Assembly: GCA_021613535.1 (NCBI GenBank)
Contig: CP075494.1
Location: 10,416,001 to 10,480,000, forward strand
Origin: Adineta vaga
Taxonomy: Eukaryota > Animalia > Rotifera
DNA length: 64,000 nucleotides
Reading direction: 5' to 3'
A model generated the notes under the pieces. That model made no database searches and was not told the DNA's origin. It saw nothing but the letters and a program-made list of their open reading frames with translations. This document shows positions 24,411 through 38,385 of the stretch, piece after piece (position 1 is the stretch's first letter; each line of letters starts with the position of its first letter). A program made the position numbers and the translations under genes.

Positions 24411-27400
24411 AGCACAGTGCCACCTTGTGCATGGCTAATCTAGAAATGTGAGAAAGAAAAAATGTTGTTAGATTTACTTTTCAATAGAAATAAAATCATA
24501 TGACTATGAATTTCCGTTACTAAAACAGATCGTATTCTATCATAGAGTAACTATACATAGAAATATGATCATTTCACAGGAAGATTACGACATATATGTA
24601 TGTTGTAAAAATACACTGAATTATATCGCTTGTTCTCGAAACAATTCCAACGGAACTTGTGATTGCATAATTTGTCTCTCGTCCTTTTTTTCCTGTCGAA
24701 GTAGATTTTATCGATTGATTGACCTAATTCAAACTAATCTGTTGGTCGATAGTTAAAAGTAATCAATGACAATAACTTGCGTTTAAAACGACATCATATT
24801 ACAATGTTCATAAAATAAATCTTGCACTTATCATCGTCATTCATGCAATTCAATCTTTTTTCTAACTGTTACTTTATCTTTGTTTACAAAATATGCTTCA
24901 TTTTTAATTTAAAAGTACAGCAAAATTGCATGCTAACTCAACTGAATATGAATAAATGAATAGATACTTTATCCTAATAATTTCCTGTAAGAAAGTATTC
25001 CTTCAATACTTTTCTTTTGTATTCAAAAGAAATTTCAATGAATAGTTGACAAAGAGGGAAAACCTATATATCTTCAAGGAAAAAAAAATATCTGCAAGAT
25101 TTTCCAAAAATTTTTCTATAGATGTCACTACCAATGAATTTAATATCTAATTATCAGATGATATTATCTTCTTCCTTTGTAAATAAAAAGAACTAATCTT
25201 CTTAGATAATTATTGCCTTAAGATTTTCTGATTAAATGTATCCGATAATCTTCAATATCAAGGAAATTGTGCATGCTTTCAAATGAATGTGAGCTCTCTA
25301 TCGTCTCTTTTTTTTTCGGTTGTCATACCGTTGACACGTTTGATAAAGTCGATTACTAGTTGTTGTTGTTGTTGTTGTTGTTGTTGACGATCCATTTGAA
25401 AGCACCGATGTCATTGAAATGTTCAATAGTTTATCGTATATAGATATATCTTATACTTTGAATTGAATTTTTTCTATCTAAAAAAGAAAAACAAAGAAAA
25501 AAATATCTATCGATGTATTCGATCATAATCAAGTCAAGCTTTAATAACAATATACATGGTCGATCTTATTGCATTCGACAAGAGTCAAATTGTAGAAACG
25601 AGTTCTTTCTCTTGTTAGTAGCCACTACTACCGCTGATGTTGCTCTATTTCTATCATCTCTATTATTATTATTATTTCTTGTACGCTCTTTCCATTTCTC
25701 TGTCTCCTTCTCTCGCTCTTTTCTTTTCATTCTTGTTCTAGTAGTCCCAGCTGCCACGACGACTAGGTTTTCTTTTTTTTTCTTCTCTTTCTCTGTCTCC
25801 TTTTTTTTCCATCTTCACGAGCATTGTTTTCTATCAGCAAATACACTGCTCTACTGACGGGCTGTTACATCGAAGAACACGATGATGAACGAACATTTCG
25901 CGTCATTGTACGGAAAGATAGAACGAGAGAGAGAGAGAGAGAGAAAGAAGGAGAAAGGGAGAAAGAAACAAGAAGGCTACCGTAGTGCTCTCTTTTTCTG
26001 ACACAAAGGCTTGATCGTCCGGATGCTCTCTTTCTTTGTGATTATTCTATTATAGGCACCGGGCCTATTTCCCTTTCCTCATTCTATCTCCTCCTTCCCT
26101 CTTCACAATTTTAAACTGGACATAGACAAGCAATTCTCAAAAATTGATTGAATATCATTAGATTTCAGGACTATTTACCAAGAGATCCAATCCAAAGAAC
26201 AAGAGCTTTCCAAAATAATATATATATATATTAAAAAAACAACCGAAGGAACGTAACACACACTCATATATATATATATATATGCATATACAAACTATAA
26301 ACGCAATGCGATCATTGAATATTCTCTTGAGACTTAGACCATAGTCACTACCGCTGATGCCTTCATCATGGACGTCTTCTTCAAGCCTTCAAATTCCTTG
26401 ACATGCCGTCTTTTTTCGCTCTCCTCGATATGGCGTCCCCCCTTTTCTTCTATTATGCTTGCCGAGTTCGTGCCTTATTCGCTCTCATCATCCGTCTTTC
26501 TTAAGAAGAGAAAGCGACGAGAACGATAATTCTACTCAAGAGAAAACGCAATAATTTACAGACTGATATTGAAACTTAATCCTAGATGAAGATGTATATG
26601 TATACATCACAAATTTTATTGACAAAAAATAACAGAATTTCATTGTTTTTCTTTTTCCAAAGAAAAATACAAACCGTTCAAAGAAACATAAATTTCATCA
26701 AAGTCGAGTTTTTTCTTCTTTTGCTTTCTATTAGAATGAAATGTTGTTCTATACGATATGTTTTCTATCCCATGTCGACTAATGATGCTCAAAAAGCAAT
26801 GAGTGAACAGTGGCACGACAAGTCTTATTTCCGATTCACACTAACCAATACATCGATGGTGTGAATCGACAGTAGAAAAATAGGAAAAGGGGAACATATA
26901 CACGCACCGCCTGCAGCATTACTTTCTCTTTTTCCTTTCTCTTCTCAAGCTAATGTATGCGTTTAATCGAACATTAAAAGTCATCGAAAAGTAATTTTCA
27001 TCACACAATCCACATTTTCTATAGGTGTATGCGTGCATATAAACAGTTTTTCTTTTCTCTTCTCTATCAGAGATAATCTAAAAAAATAAACATCCAATTA
27101 AGTATTATTACAACAACATTATTATACTTTTTTCTCTTCTTACAATGTACAAACAAGAAAAAAGAGCTAAGATCAAAGAAAATTCACTTATTCATGTGTA
27201 CATCCTTTCTATTTTTCTATCAGGCATGATAAATGCTATGCCTGACACTCTTCTCTGTTCGTTAGACTGTTAAGAAAAAAATTAAGCTGACGCGTTTGAG
27301 TATTTAGTTTAAACAAAAATAGTCCGAATGATATTATCGATCTATATTTCTTACGAATCATCTTTCCTTCATAGTATCAACATAAAAAAGAATTCTCTCT

Positions 27401-29188
27401 CTGTTTTTTTTATATGTTTCGATGTCTATTGTTTCGACGGTACTCCCTATCATTCCGCAATTTGCTATCCTGTCATACTGTGTCCCGTGTGTGCCATTGT
27501 CAATCTCACTCAGACGAGCAGTCAGCCAACATCGATTATGAAAACTTGGAGACGTTTGGGTGTTCTCTAGGCAATATAATAAAAGCTATTTCATATGCAT
27601 GCCATATAAAACAACACGTTCTCACTCATACAAATAATTTCTTTGTCTAAGTGTCTTCTCTCAAATAGTTTGAAAATGATACATTGTTACGTCAACTAAT
27701 TGTCAAGAAAAATGATGAAAAAATTTCTTTTTTATTTCTATTTTTTAGATAATTGTGTCTATCTCAATATACACACATCAGTTGAAGGGGAAAAAAAGGA
27801 AAACGAAGAAAGAATAGTATGAAATCGGCGAGTTATTTATGTTTATTAGAGTGGAATTCCTTTCTTTTTTCTTCTCTTTTCCGACCAATATTGAACAGCT
27901 AATTGTCTTTACTGCCGTGTGCAATGAAGTAATATTATTCTATAAAAACCACAACAACAACAACAACATCAGTCGATGTTTCTTCTCCCTTCATTTTCTT
28001 CTTCTTCTTCATCTTCTCTATTTCCTCCTGTCACTATCATCATCATCGTCAGCAACAGAATAGTTCTCCCAAACCCGTGTAGCATATTCATCCATCTAAT
28101 TATTCAAAATAAAGAGAGAAAGAAAAGATTGCTTCTTCGTCTTTTTCTTCTGTCTTTTACCTGTTAGTAGAAAATACAAATCACGTCTTCTTCAATAGAT
28201 ATATATGTGCATGTTTAAGTATGACGACGATGAGAAATATGTTGATGGCATCTTGCTATATTGCCGCAACAAATGGTTTTTATTTCTGTCCCTCTCTCCT
28301 ATATTCTCTATGTTTCTCATCGTTCGCTTTTTCTCTTCTCTATAGCATGATTCAATTCCTTGATCATTTGACCTACGTCGTTGCTCGCTCCTGTTCTTTG
28401 TTCATCTTCTTTTTTTTTACATATATACTAAGAAGAAAAGAGAGTGATAGGATAGAACGGTTGGTCTTTTCTTACTAGCATGCTGTCATTATCGTTAGAT
28501 AGGTTTTTCTTTCTAATACTACGATCGTGACTTATTCAACAAGAGAATGAAAGAAAAAGAAAAACTATTAACGACTAGGCAGCTCTTTTCTATCTCTCTC
28601 TCTCTCTTTCTCAGTTTTTTTTCGCGCCCGTGCTCGTTTTCTCTTCAGGGAGATCTCGAACTAGTTCTGGCGTCTCTCTCTCTCTCTCTCGACTGAACCA
28701 CACATTATGATATATTCTATGTTGTATGTATAGATGAAAAGAGAGACCTTCTCGATAATAATAAAGTCTCGTGCTCTCGGTTCTCGTTTGCACTTCTAAC
28801 CCAGACAAAAGACAACGAACCAAGAACTTAGAAGCGTAGAAAAGAGAGAGAGAGAGCGAATACAATCTGTTTCCGGGAGTTTGTTCACACACTCGCTCAT
28901 CACACTATATTCCGAATGATGAAGGGATAAGAGAAGAATCTCTGACGAGCCGTCAAAAAAAGAAGAATCTAATCAATTTTTTTTTCTTTCTCTTCTAACT
29001 TTCAACAATAGACAACAATCGACTATTGAAAAGAAACAACAGACAAAAGAAAAAAGATAAGATAGAATGAATTTTTTGTTCTCTCCTCTCAGATTATAAT
29101 TATTATTATTGTCATGATTTGCTTCATTTAATCATTTCATAAAATATTTCATTTTTAATATACAAATAACAAAGTTAATCAGATGAGT

Positions 29189-29344
29189 TTATTCATTGGT
29201 TTTGTTTTGTAATTTTAAACACTCTTTAGCACGTTCATAAAGTTCTACAGGTGATTGAACTTTGGGAGTTTCATAGTTTTGAGTGGTATATATACCAGCA
29301 TAAATACCAAGTGAAAATGTAATTAATGTTCGAAGAAATGTCAT
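29189..29344 (-). CDS. STMP1: Short transmembrane mitochondrial protein 1 (DUF4535), 51 aa
   Basis: MTFLRTLITFSLGIYAGIYTTQNYETPKVQSPVELYERAKECLKLQNKTNE carries the F-x-L-G-x3-G-x-Y-x2-QNY-x2-P signature. It is too short to appear in the ORF track. Confidence 0.85.
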   Translation of the reverse strand: MTFLRTLITFSLGIYAGIYTTQNYETPKVQSPVELYERAKECLKLQNKTNE

Positions 29345-30420
29345 CACGGAAGTGAATGAAGAAACTAAAACTAGAATTTATCATTTATAATATTAAATTG
29401 AATTGAATTGAAAGAAAGAAAGAAAGAAAGAAATATATACATAAAATACTTCTATAAAGTGTAGCGTTTCGAACAATGAAATAATATATATCTCACTTCA
29501 AAATCAATTTATCTTTTAATAAAATCATTAGATTTAATATTCGTGTCCGAATGAAATCTTATCAAACTCCTTAGGGTAAATAAAACGTTTTACGGATCGC
29601 TACTGTAGTTTCTCAATAGAAAGTACAGTAAACAATGTTGTTTTCAAACACTGCTAGTGATCCTCGAAAATACACGTCAAGATATTTCGATAATTCCGAT
29701 TTGAATGGCGACATCGTCTAAATAACTATGAAGAAAAGTTTTCCAGTTTGTCATCTGTCATCTCTTTCCATGTTTCAGACTTTATTTGACTCACTTGGCT
29801 TTGTTTATTGTCGTAGATTGAAAATAAAGAAAAAGCAAAAGAAACTATTTAGATATTTATATATCTGATCAAGCTGATGTAATGTTTCCTTATTTTGTTG
29901 ATGCAATAGGTAAACAAACATGAATCACAGTTTATCTTTAAATCTGTGTTCTGATAAGCAAAAAGATTTATTTTTCTCTTTTCCGAAAAAAAACAAACTC
30001 TTTCTTTCGTATATCAAATCATCAACCATTGACATAATACTGAGAAAAAAAGGCAGTAAAGAAGGAGAATGCAAAATCCAAAGCAACATGTGAATACAAT
30101 ATATATATATATATATCTATATATATATTCTTGTTTTTTCAAATAGTCTGTTTTTTATGTTTCTGTATACATGTACAAAGTCACGCTGTACACACACTTG
30201 CACGAAAAGAACGTTTCTGGCTAATGTTTATAGATACATGAAGAGAAAGAAAGGATAAAGTGAAATCTACTAAATATATCAATATAGAATAAGTCACTGA
30301 GACTCTTAGAGTTCAGTGAAATCTAGGAGAAGGATGCGAACTAAAACAACAATGACAAGACAATTTGTACAAAGAAAGAAAAACAAACAAAACAAAAAGA
30401 AAAAAAAACGAAGACCAATG

Positions 30421-33400
30421 TTATTTTCGATGATATGCTCGAGTACCCATAATACCTTCATCATCAATCTGTTCTAAAGCAAAAAACAAAATATCGTAAA
30501 GAATCATTGAAAACTTAATAAAATCATTCGAATAGAAGTTTACCAATCGGTGAAACGGTAGATTTAGTTGCAAAAATTTTACGTCTTGGTCGGTCATTTA
30601 TGTTCATATCATCATAGGGTTCAGTTGCGGACATTGTTGATTTAACAGCAAATGCTCGACGTTTTGGTGGAGATGTAAGTTCTTCTTTAGGAGCAATGGG
30701 TTGTGGCGGTGGAGGTGGCGGTAAAGGTTCACTCATAGGTGCTGTTTGTAAGATATATTGTTGTTGTTGAGCTGGTGCTTGTGTAAGAACAGTATATTGT
30801 GTTCCGCCAGGTGATGTACATATAGTAGCAACTTGTTGTTGTTGATTGGGATCAATTTGTTCAATTGTTAGTGGAGTATTGGGATCAATACCAGCTTGTG
30901 TAAGTAATGCCTGTAATTGTGCTTGATCAAGAGCAAATGGAGAAAGATATGTTTGAGGTTGCTGTTGTTGAATTGAGATTGGTTGACCATCTAGTGAAAG
31001 AAAAATTATAGTAAGACACAATTTATTATAGATTTTGACATTAGAATTTTATCTATATTCTCAGAATATTCTAAACTACATACCACCATCGACAATAATA
31101 GCTCCTTGTGAACCAAGTAATTGTTGTGCTTCTTCTGTTGATAAAATCACCGTATGTTCATTTCCATGTTCATCAATAATATTTGCTGTTATTGTGCCAA
31201 GTTGTTGCGATTGATGTTTTTGTCCATCATCTTCACATTGAACAGTTTCTTCATTAACAATATTCGATGGTGTTTCATCAACCATCATATTCATATCATC
31301 ATCGTTTTGTAATGCTTTACGACGTGCATCAGCTGCCATTGTTACATCTGCTGCTGTTGCTAAAACATGTGCGGCTTCCATTGTATCTAAATCTGTATTT
31401 ATTGGTGTTATTGTTAAACCTTTACCCGCCGTTTGTTCATCATTATTTAATTGAATACGACCTGGTGGACGTGACCATGCAAATGGTTTATTAGTCGTTG
31501 AATTGTTTGTTGTTGCATTATTTGCTGATGGTTTAGGTAAAATTTTCTTTTGTTTTGGTGTATCAACTGGAAGTTTAACGGTAAATGCTAATGTTTGATT
31601 TTGCGATGTTGCTGAATTATTGGTTGTTATCGATGATGGAGTTTCCACTTTCGCTTGTTGAACAACAGCAACTGGTAGAACTTGTTGTTGTTCAGATGCA
31701 AGAACAGAAAGAACTTGTTGATTCTTTTGATCTTGTTGGGGTACATTGACGAAAAAGATTTGTGATTGATTAGCTACTTCACTTAATTGTGCATCGTTTA
31801 TTTTTGCAACAAAAGTATTACCAGCATTAATCGAAGCAGCATTCGTTGTTGGAAGACGATTAGTTGTTGAACGTGATTGTTGCTGATGCTGCTGCTGCTG
31901 TTGGTGATGATAATAATCATCGTCCTAAAATGAAATAATTTTAATTTAAACAAAAAACAAGAGTGTTTATACTTTGTAAATTGGATGATTTCCATTGTTT
32001 ATTCCAATACGACGAGCACCACCAATTGGTTGACGAATATCATTATTACGACGATAAGCTTGTGTTAAACTAATACGACGATTTTTATCATAATCATCAT
32101 CATCAGCTGTATCATACATAGGTCCTATGAAAATTCAAATTATTTAAAAAAATGAATCGAAACACAATGTTCTTTTACTTGATGACCGATAAGGTATTTG
32201 TTTTCTTTGTCCATATCTTGAATTAGCGTCTTCATATTGATCGTAATCATCATCATCATCATCATTTGTCCAATGTCGTCTAGAACCTGGTGGTCTTCCA
32301 CGCATACCTGTACCACGTCGACCAGGAAATGTACCACGTCCACGATAATTTGGACGTCTTGGTGCATATTGGGCTTTTGGAACATAATCAAAATCATTCG
32401 GTTCATCAGCAGCAGTTGGTACATGTTCATCATCACCCTCATCTCCTCCACCTTGCTGATCCTCCATCCATTTTGGTCGTTTAATATCTGATTGTTGTTG
32501 TTGTTGTTGTTGTTGCTGCTGTTGTTGAGGACGAAATTTCATTGTTGTACTTTTAACTGCATAGACACGTGGACGTGGTTTATCATCCATAGTATTTGCT
32601 GTTGTACTCATTTTTGTTCCAGTATCATTGTATGAATAATCAAAATCATTTTGAAATGCATTATTTAATGTAATAACAGAATTGCTTTTCTTTGATGAAA
32701 CATCATTATTCTTTGTTGTCGAATTTTCTACGGGTTGACCTGATAATGCATCAAAATTTGTTAAACGTGGAATAATAGCACGTTTACGTTGGGCAGTTGG
32801 ATCGGATTGAATCGTATTTGTTGATGAATAATGTTCGCGTGATTCATCTTTTGGAATACGACGTTTAAGAATTTCAATTGACATTTTACTTGAACCTTTC
32901 CAAACAAAATCAACTGAATCATCACTGAAATCATCTTGTTCAGGTGAACCAAATTGCATTAAATCTTTTTCATTAGGTTTCATTTGTTGATGTTTGGATG
33001 ATGAAGATACAGGAAGAAGATTTTCTGTTTCATGTTTTTGTTGATCATCTGATGGTGTTGGTAAACTACCTGTTGTTGAAAACATTTTCGGTTTACGTCC
33101 ACGTTTCTTTGGTGTAATAAGAATAGGTGGAGTCGAATTAATTTTAATTTTTTCACGAATTTGACTAACAGGTGTATTTGTTTGTGAACCAAGTCGAGAA
33201 CCACGTCGTGTTACTGGTCGTTTTTTCTCGTCGGTTTCACTATCAGAGGATGACGTTGGTGAACGTGAGGGATTATCTTGTAATTTCGAAGTTTTTATTG
33301 GACGACCTCGAGAACGTTTGGATAAAATTGGTGTATTGGTTTTACGTAGAAGTGTTGGTTTTGTATTATGATCTTCGTCGTCGGATTGAAATGTATATTT

Positions 33401-33487
33401 ATCGTCTTGAGTTGTGGATTTTGTTGAGGCGATTGAACGTGTAGATGGTCGTTTTAATGGTGATATTGTTGTTAACTTCTTACTCAT
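30421..33487 (-). CDS. Large intrinsically disordered AT-hook nuclear protein (5 exons: ~33487-32180, 32125-31973, 31924-31084, 30990-30544, 30473-30421)
   Basis: AT-hook-like SRGRP, KKRGRKPK and RGRPP, RG-rich and acidic tracts, poly-Q, and three A[V/T]KST motifs. Splice phases join the ORFs. Confidence 0.75.
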
Positions 33488-34435
33488 GATGATAAATGAC
33501 ACGCGATCAGCATGAGCTTTTCGCGGTCGATAAAAATGAACAATCGCTTAAATAAACAAAAAATTGATTATCTAAAAAAGAAATATTTTTCATAGAAAAT
33601 TTATTTAAAAAAAAATGAATAAAATGCTGCCATTGATTTAAATCCGATAATCGATTAGTGGACATCGTAATTGAGATGAACTCATCAGTCATCGTCAAAG
33701 ACAAAGAATAAATGACAAAAGAGGGCATGTGTAGTCGGAGAATAAAGATCGCCATCTTTGTTTCATTCGCCTCCGCAAGGTCAGTCAACAAAGACTTGGA
33801 AATTTTGACCAATGAAAGAATGACATACTATTATATTTAAAAAACTAATTAAAAGATTTATTTTCAAATATTTTCGATGAGTTTTCATTTTTAGAATTTG
33901 AAAAAATAAAAGATTTATTAGCGCGATCTGTGTCAGCCTATGAGTTGATGAGTAAACATGTCGACCAATCAGATTCGTTCTGGATATCATTGTCATTCAT
34001 ATCGCTTCGCATGTTTCATAGATAAAATTAATGAGATGAAAACATTGTTTTTTTCCATGCGGCTTGTTTTTCTACTCTACATCACTAAAAAAATCTTTGC
34101 TTTCTTTTCATAAAAACATGAATTTTATTGATATTGTTTTGCTTTATATAGTTGAATATTTGTGTAGTAGAATCATATTTCACACTGATCGAAATATTCT
34201 CCCAACATATATTTCGATATACATAATATAAACCCAGAAAAAAAGAGATCAATTCAATACGCAAGAATTTCGATCAAAGAACGTGTGTATAGATTAACAA
34301 TCAATTTAGTGGAAAGAAAAAGCCTAACGGAACGGAGGACAAGCAAACAACAGAGAGAGAAAGAGACTCAGGTGAAATGAAAAAAAATAAGATATAGGTA
34401 TATGTATACATTTACTGTTATGTGACGAAAATAGT

Positions 34436-37400
34436 TCAGCGTGATAGATTGGTAGAAGGATAGATAACATTTCTGTCAGGTTCATCGTTAGAATAACGAG
34501 AGTCATTGAAACGACTCCATGGACTTGTTGATGCTGTTTCATTGGATTGAGAATTAAAATTAGCTATTTGCCGTCGAACAGATGGCGTCGGTTGAGAATT
34601 GATTGAGGTTTCATTGACTGGTAAACGTGTTCGTGGCATAGGGCACGGGGCAGATGAACATTCATCTGGTGTTGTTGCTGGTGTCAATAATTTTCGTGGT
34701 AATGGTAACGGTGGTTCGAGAGCATATTGTGTTTTTTTTTCTTCTCTCAGTGAAGGACGGTCAAGATTTAAATATTGATCAAATTCATGGGTAACTGAAT
34801 CGATTTGTTGATTTGTTGAAGACAGTTTTTCGATAGATTGTGAAGATGAAGATGGTGGAGTATCACGACGTTTATAAAATAGAATATATGCATCGGGTGT
34901 ACAGACCCGAGATGGATCAAGCTCAGACACCAAATGATCATCATAACAAAACCATTTGTTTGTTATCGGATTTTGACAGTATGCTAGAATAGAATAACAG
35001 ATCTTGAGTGATTTTCGTTTGAAAATATGTATGATATTCTTAGTTTCAGTTCGATATGTTTTGAAAACTGATTCTATGACTGTTTTGTATTATAAATGTT
35101 TGATTCTTCTCTTACATCCAATGCTTTTAGAGATAATAATTCTATTTTATATTCTTTCATGAAGATCACGAATGTCTGTATATTACAATTATTAATGTTC
35201 GAACGATTGATTAAAAACTCAGACTTTACTCTTTCAATTACACTTTAACACGTCATTTTGTCTGCAAAACATGATTCACGCAATATTCTGACTAATTTCC
35301 TGCTTTACTCACCAGTATAATGTCCGTTTGACATACTCCCACGATGATTGCAAACTGCAAATAGATCATAAAGTTCATATTGTCTCTGATTATCATTATC
35401 ATCGTCCTCTATTGACTCTTCGTTTTCATCATCGATTTCACTATCGGCTCTTTCTATATCTGATATGTTTTTTGTTGTTGATAAAAATCGTTTGACATTC
35501 AAGCCAACTAAGGGAAATTGAACAGGATAAGTTAATTTTGAATTCGAGACCTTTGTCTGACAAAAACGTTTCAAATGAACAATTAAAACTTGTGGTGTTG
35601 TCCAGATTTTCAAATTTTTTACTGTCCCATTTTCTTTACGACGGCAATGTGTACACATCCATGCATCATCCTAAACAAAACACAACGAAAGATGTTTCTT
35701 TCAACCTATATCAAATAACATTCATACATAATTTAAGCTTTCCGATTGTGTAAATAATGAAAAACAATCCGCTAATGAAATCGAAGGTGATGATGGTTGG
35801 TGAATTGTTGCTCGAGCTTGTGCAACCGATTGATGAACATCAGGTTTATCATCACTACAAGCCCATTTCGAAAGAAATTCTTCGAGATATTTTTCATGCC
35901 AATTAGCATAAACTTGAATATGCGACGGTCCTAAACCGGGTCCATCATATGTATCAAGTATTTCAACAATTTTTTCAAGATATAATGGTAATTGAACATC
36001 ATGAAGTACAGGATATTCTTCTTTTGATGTTCCGGTGGATGTCATTTGATATTGATCAACAAGTGTCAATTGAAAAACAACATAATCTTGAGCATATTCC
36101 ATTGCTTCATCGCGAATTAATGAGCGTTGAGCTTTGATAATGGATAATTGTAAGGAACGATAATTTGATTGACGAGGAACACGAACAGCTATTTTAAGAG
36201 AGAAAAAAAAACAATCAATATCATTCGGATGGGTTTTTCTTCCTACATACCAACAGGTGGACCGAATCGTTCCACTCGACCAGAATTATATCGTACACGA
36301 TTTAGAACAAGTAAATTAACATAAGAAGGAGTTTGATTATCGGCAGTTGATGTAACATGTTCCATACTTTCAGAATTCGATGAAGGAAATTGAATTGCAT
36401 AGACATCGGAAGTAAGACGAGTAATTGGATCGGTATCGTGAAAGACTTGAAAAAAACCATTCTGTTGCTGAATTTCAACAAGAGCAAGCTAAAATAAAAG
36501 AAGTAACATGAGACGATTGATTACAATTTTCAATATTGACCGAAAAAACTTACATCATTTGGATCTAAATTGGACTGTTGAGCAATCGCTTCTCGTACAT
36601 CTTTAACTGTATTTGTAATTGGTAAACATAATCCAATTTGTAATTGTTTAGGAGATTGATTGAGAAAAACAACAGTAATGAAAACAGGTTTAATAATTTT
36701 TTGTGGAATTGGTAATGATAATAGAAGATAAGGTTCGAATGTTTTACTTTCTTTTTTACATTGATTACATCGTAAAGTTGAATGAAGTTGAGCACTAAAT
36801 GTGGATGTAATGATACTTTGATTAGCATCAATATATTCTGACCAAGCACGACGAGCTAATTCCGATGATGTTACACAAGAAAATGAATTCTAAAAGAACA
36901 ATTAACTTAGAAAAAGAAAGGTATTTCTGCTTTTGTTTTTTTTACTTTATTCTGTTGTCGGCATCGTCCAGGTGCAGTTAAATTCAATTCATCATGAATT
37001 GTATTGATTAAAAATAACAAGAATTCTTGTGCATCATTTTGTTCATTACCTGAATATTGTTTATTAAGATTTCCTAGAATTGTTTTAAAATCATACAACA
37101 ATTTCGATGTTGTATTCGATGAATTATTCCATAATGCTTGAAAAATTTGAGCAAATATTTTCGTCACTTTAAAACCAAGTGCTTGTTGAGATGTCGTGGA
37201 ATAATCATGTATTGCATTTTTTATATTACGTATATCTGTTTCATAGTTTTTTTGTAGAATATAAGATGCTAATTGTTCTGTATGACATAAACAATGAACA
37301 ATTGCATTTATATAACTAATAAAATTCAATGAATAATATATAGAAATAAGAAGAAAAGTTTGTCTTACCAAGTATTGCCACAATTCTTCAATCCATATAA

Positions 37401-37973
37401 GAATGGAATATGTTGTGATGCAGATGCTAATGTTCGTCGAGATGATTTTCGTTTAATATCTAATCTTGTTAGAGAACTTCGTCGAGTTTCATGGAAATTA
37501 TTCGTTCCGGATGATGTTAATGGATAACGATGTGCAAGAACTGGAGAATTGGAATTATTGGGTTCATTCGAATGATTTGTAGGCGAAATTTGATAATCAG
37601 CAGATTTTTTTGTTGAAGGAAAGTTGATTAAACGTTTTAGACGATGAAATATGGATTTATGTGATTTAGATGGATGATGTGAGACAACGGATTCATAACC
37701 GGATGATGATGATGATGATGCAGCTGTATTTGTTTTATAAGATACAACTGGTTCAGTGGAAGCAGTAGAATAAGATCGTGTAGGAATTGGTAAAGCATTC
37801 GAAACGAAATCAACTGAACCAGCATGCATTGAACCCAATGTCCGAATATGATGATTCAATGTATTGTTCGTTGAAGATAATTTATTACCAACAACATCGG
37901 CAGCATCACAATGTGTCTTGGAATTAAAGGAACTGAAATCTGTACTTGCAGCATTGACACAATGCTGAACCAT
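34436..37973 (-). CDS. USP31: Ubiquitin-specific protease, USP31/USP43-like (multi-exon)
   Basis: Cys box GLKNCGNTCYINAIVHCL, QNDAQEFL, FEPYLLLSLPIP, CTHC zinc motif, His box VCNHRGSMSNGHYTAYC, WFCYDD and AYILFYKRR. The USP31/43 subfamily call is less certain than the USP call. Confidence 0.85.
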
Positions 37974-38385
37974 TTTCTTTTATATAGAAAAAGATTGATG
38001 ATTCAATGCGATGAGTAGTAGAAGGGAGAGAGAGAGAAATATAAATAAACATGTATTCATCCATCATCAGTTTAGCCACAAGAATTTCTATTGGTTATAG
38101 ATGTCGGTAGAAAATTGACTTGTCAATGGGAAATATGTTTGAGATTTGTTTTGAATTATGATTTATCCTTTAGGATATACGATGAAAGTGATTTAAAATT
38201 TCAAGAAATAGAAATTCAATGATTCAGAGTGACATCTGTCGTATGGAGGTACAATGCGTCGTCTGAAATGACTATTTGATTCAAGTAGATTTAACACGAA
38301 ATTATTTGATTTTTTTTATCAGTAAAAAATAATTTAGATTTCTATTTTCTTCAAGATACGAAATACTATTCTTTAAAATAAAATC

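Noticed and set aside
26330-26510. Locally GC-richer segment sharing ACTACCGCTGATG with ~25626
   Set aside because: No convincing ORF, tRNA or snoRNA structure, and a single 13-mer match is weak evidence.
25513-28892. Multiple 60-115 aa ORFs
   Set aside because: Low-complexity translations of pyrimidine/purine tracts with no coherent exon chain.
33507-33996. ORFs upstream of the AT-hook gene
   Set aside because: They span the likely 5' UTR intron and promoter, and are not in frame with the main CDS.
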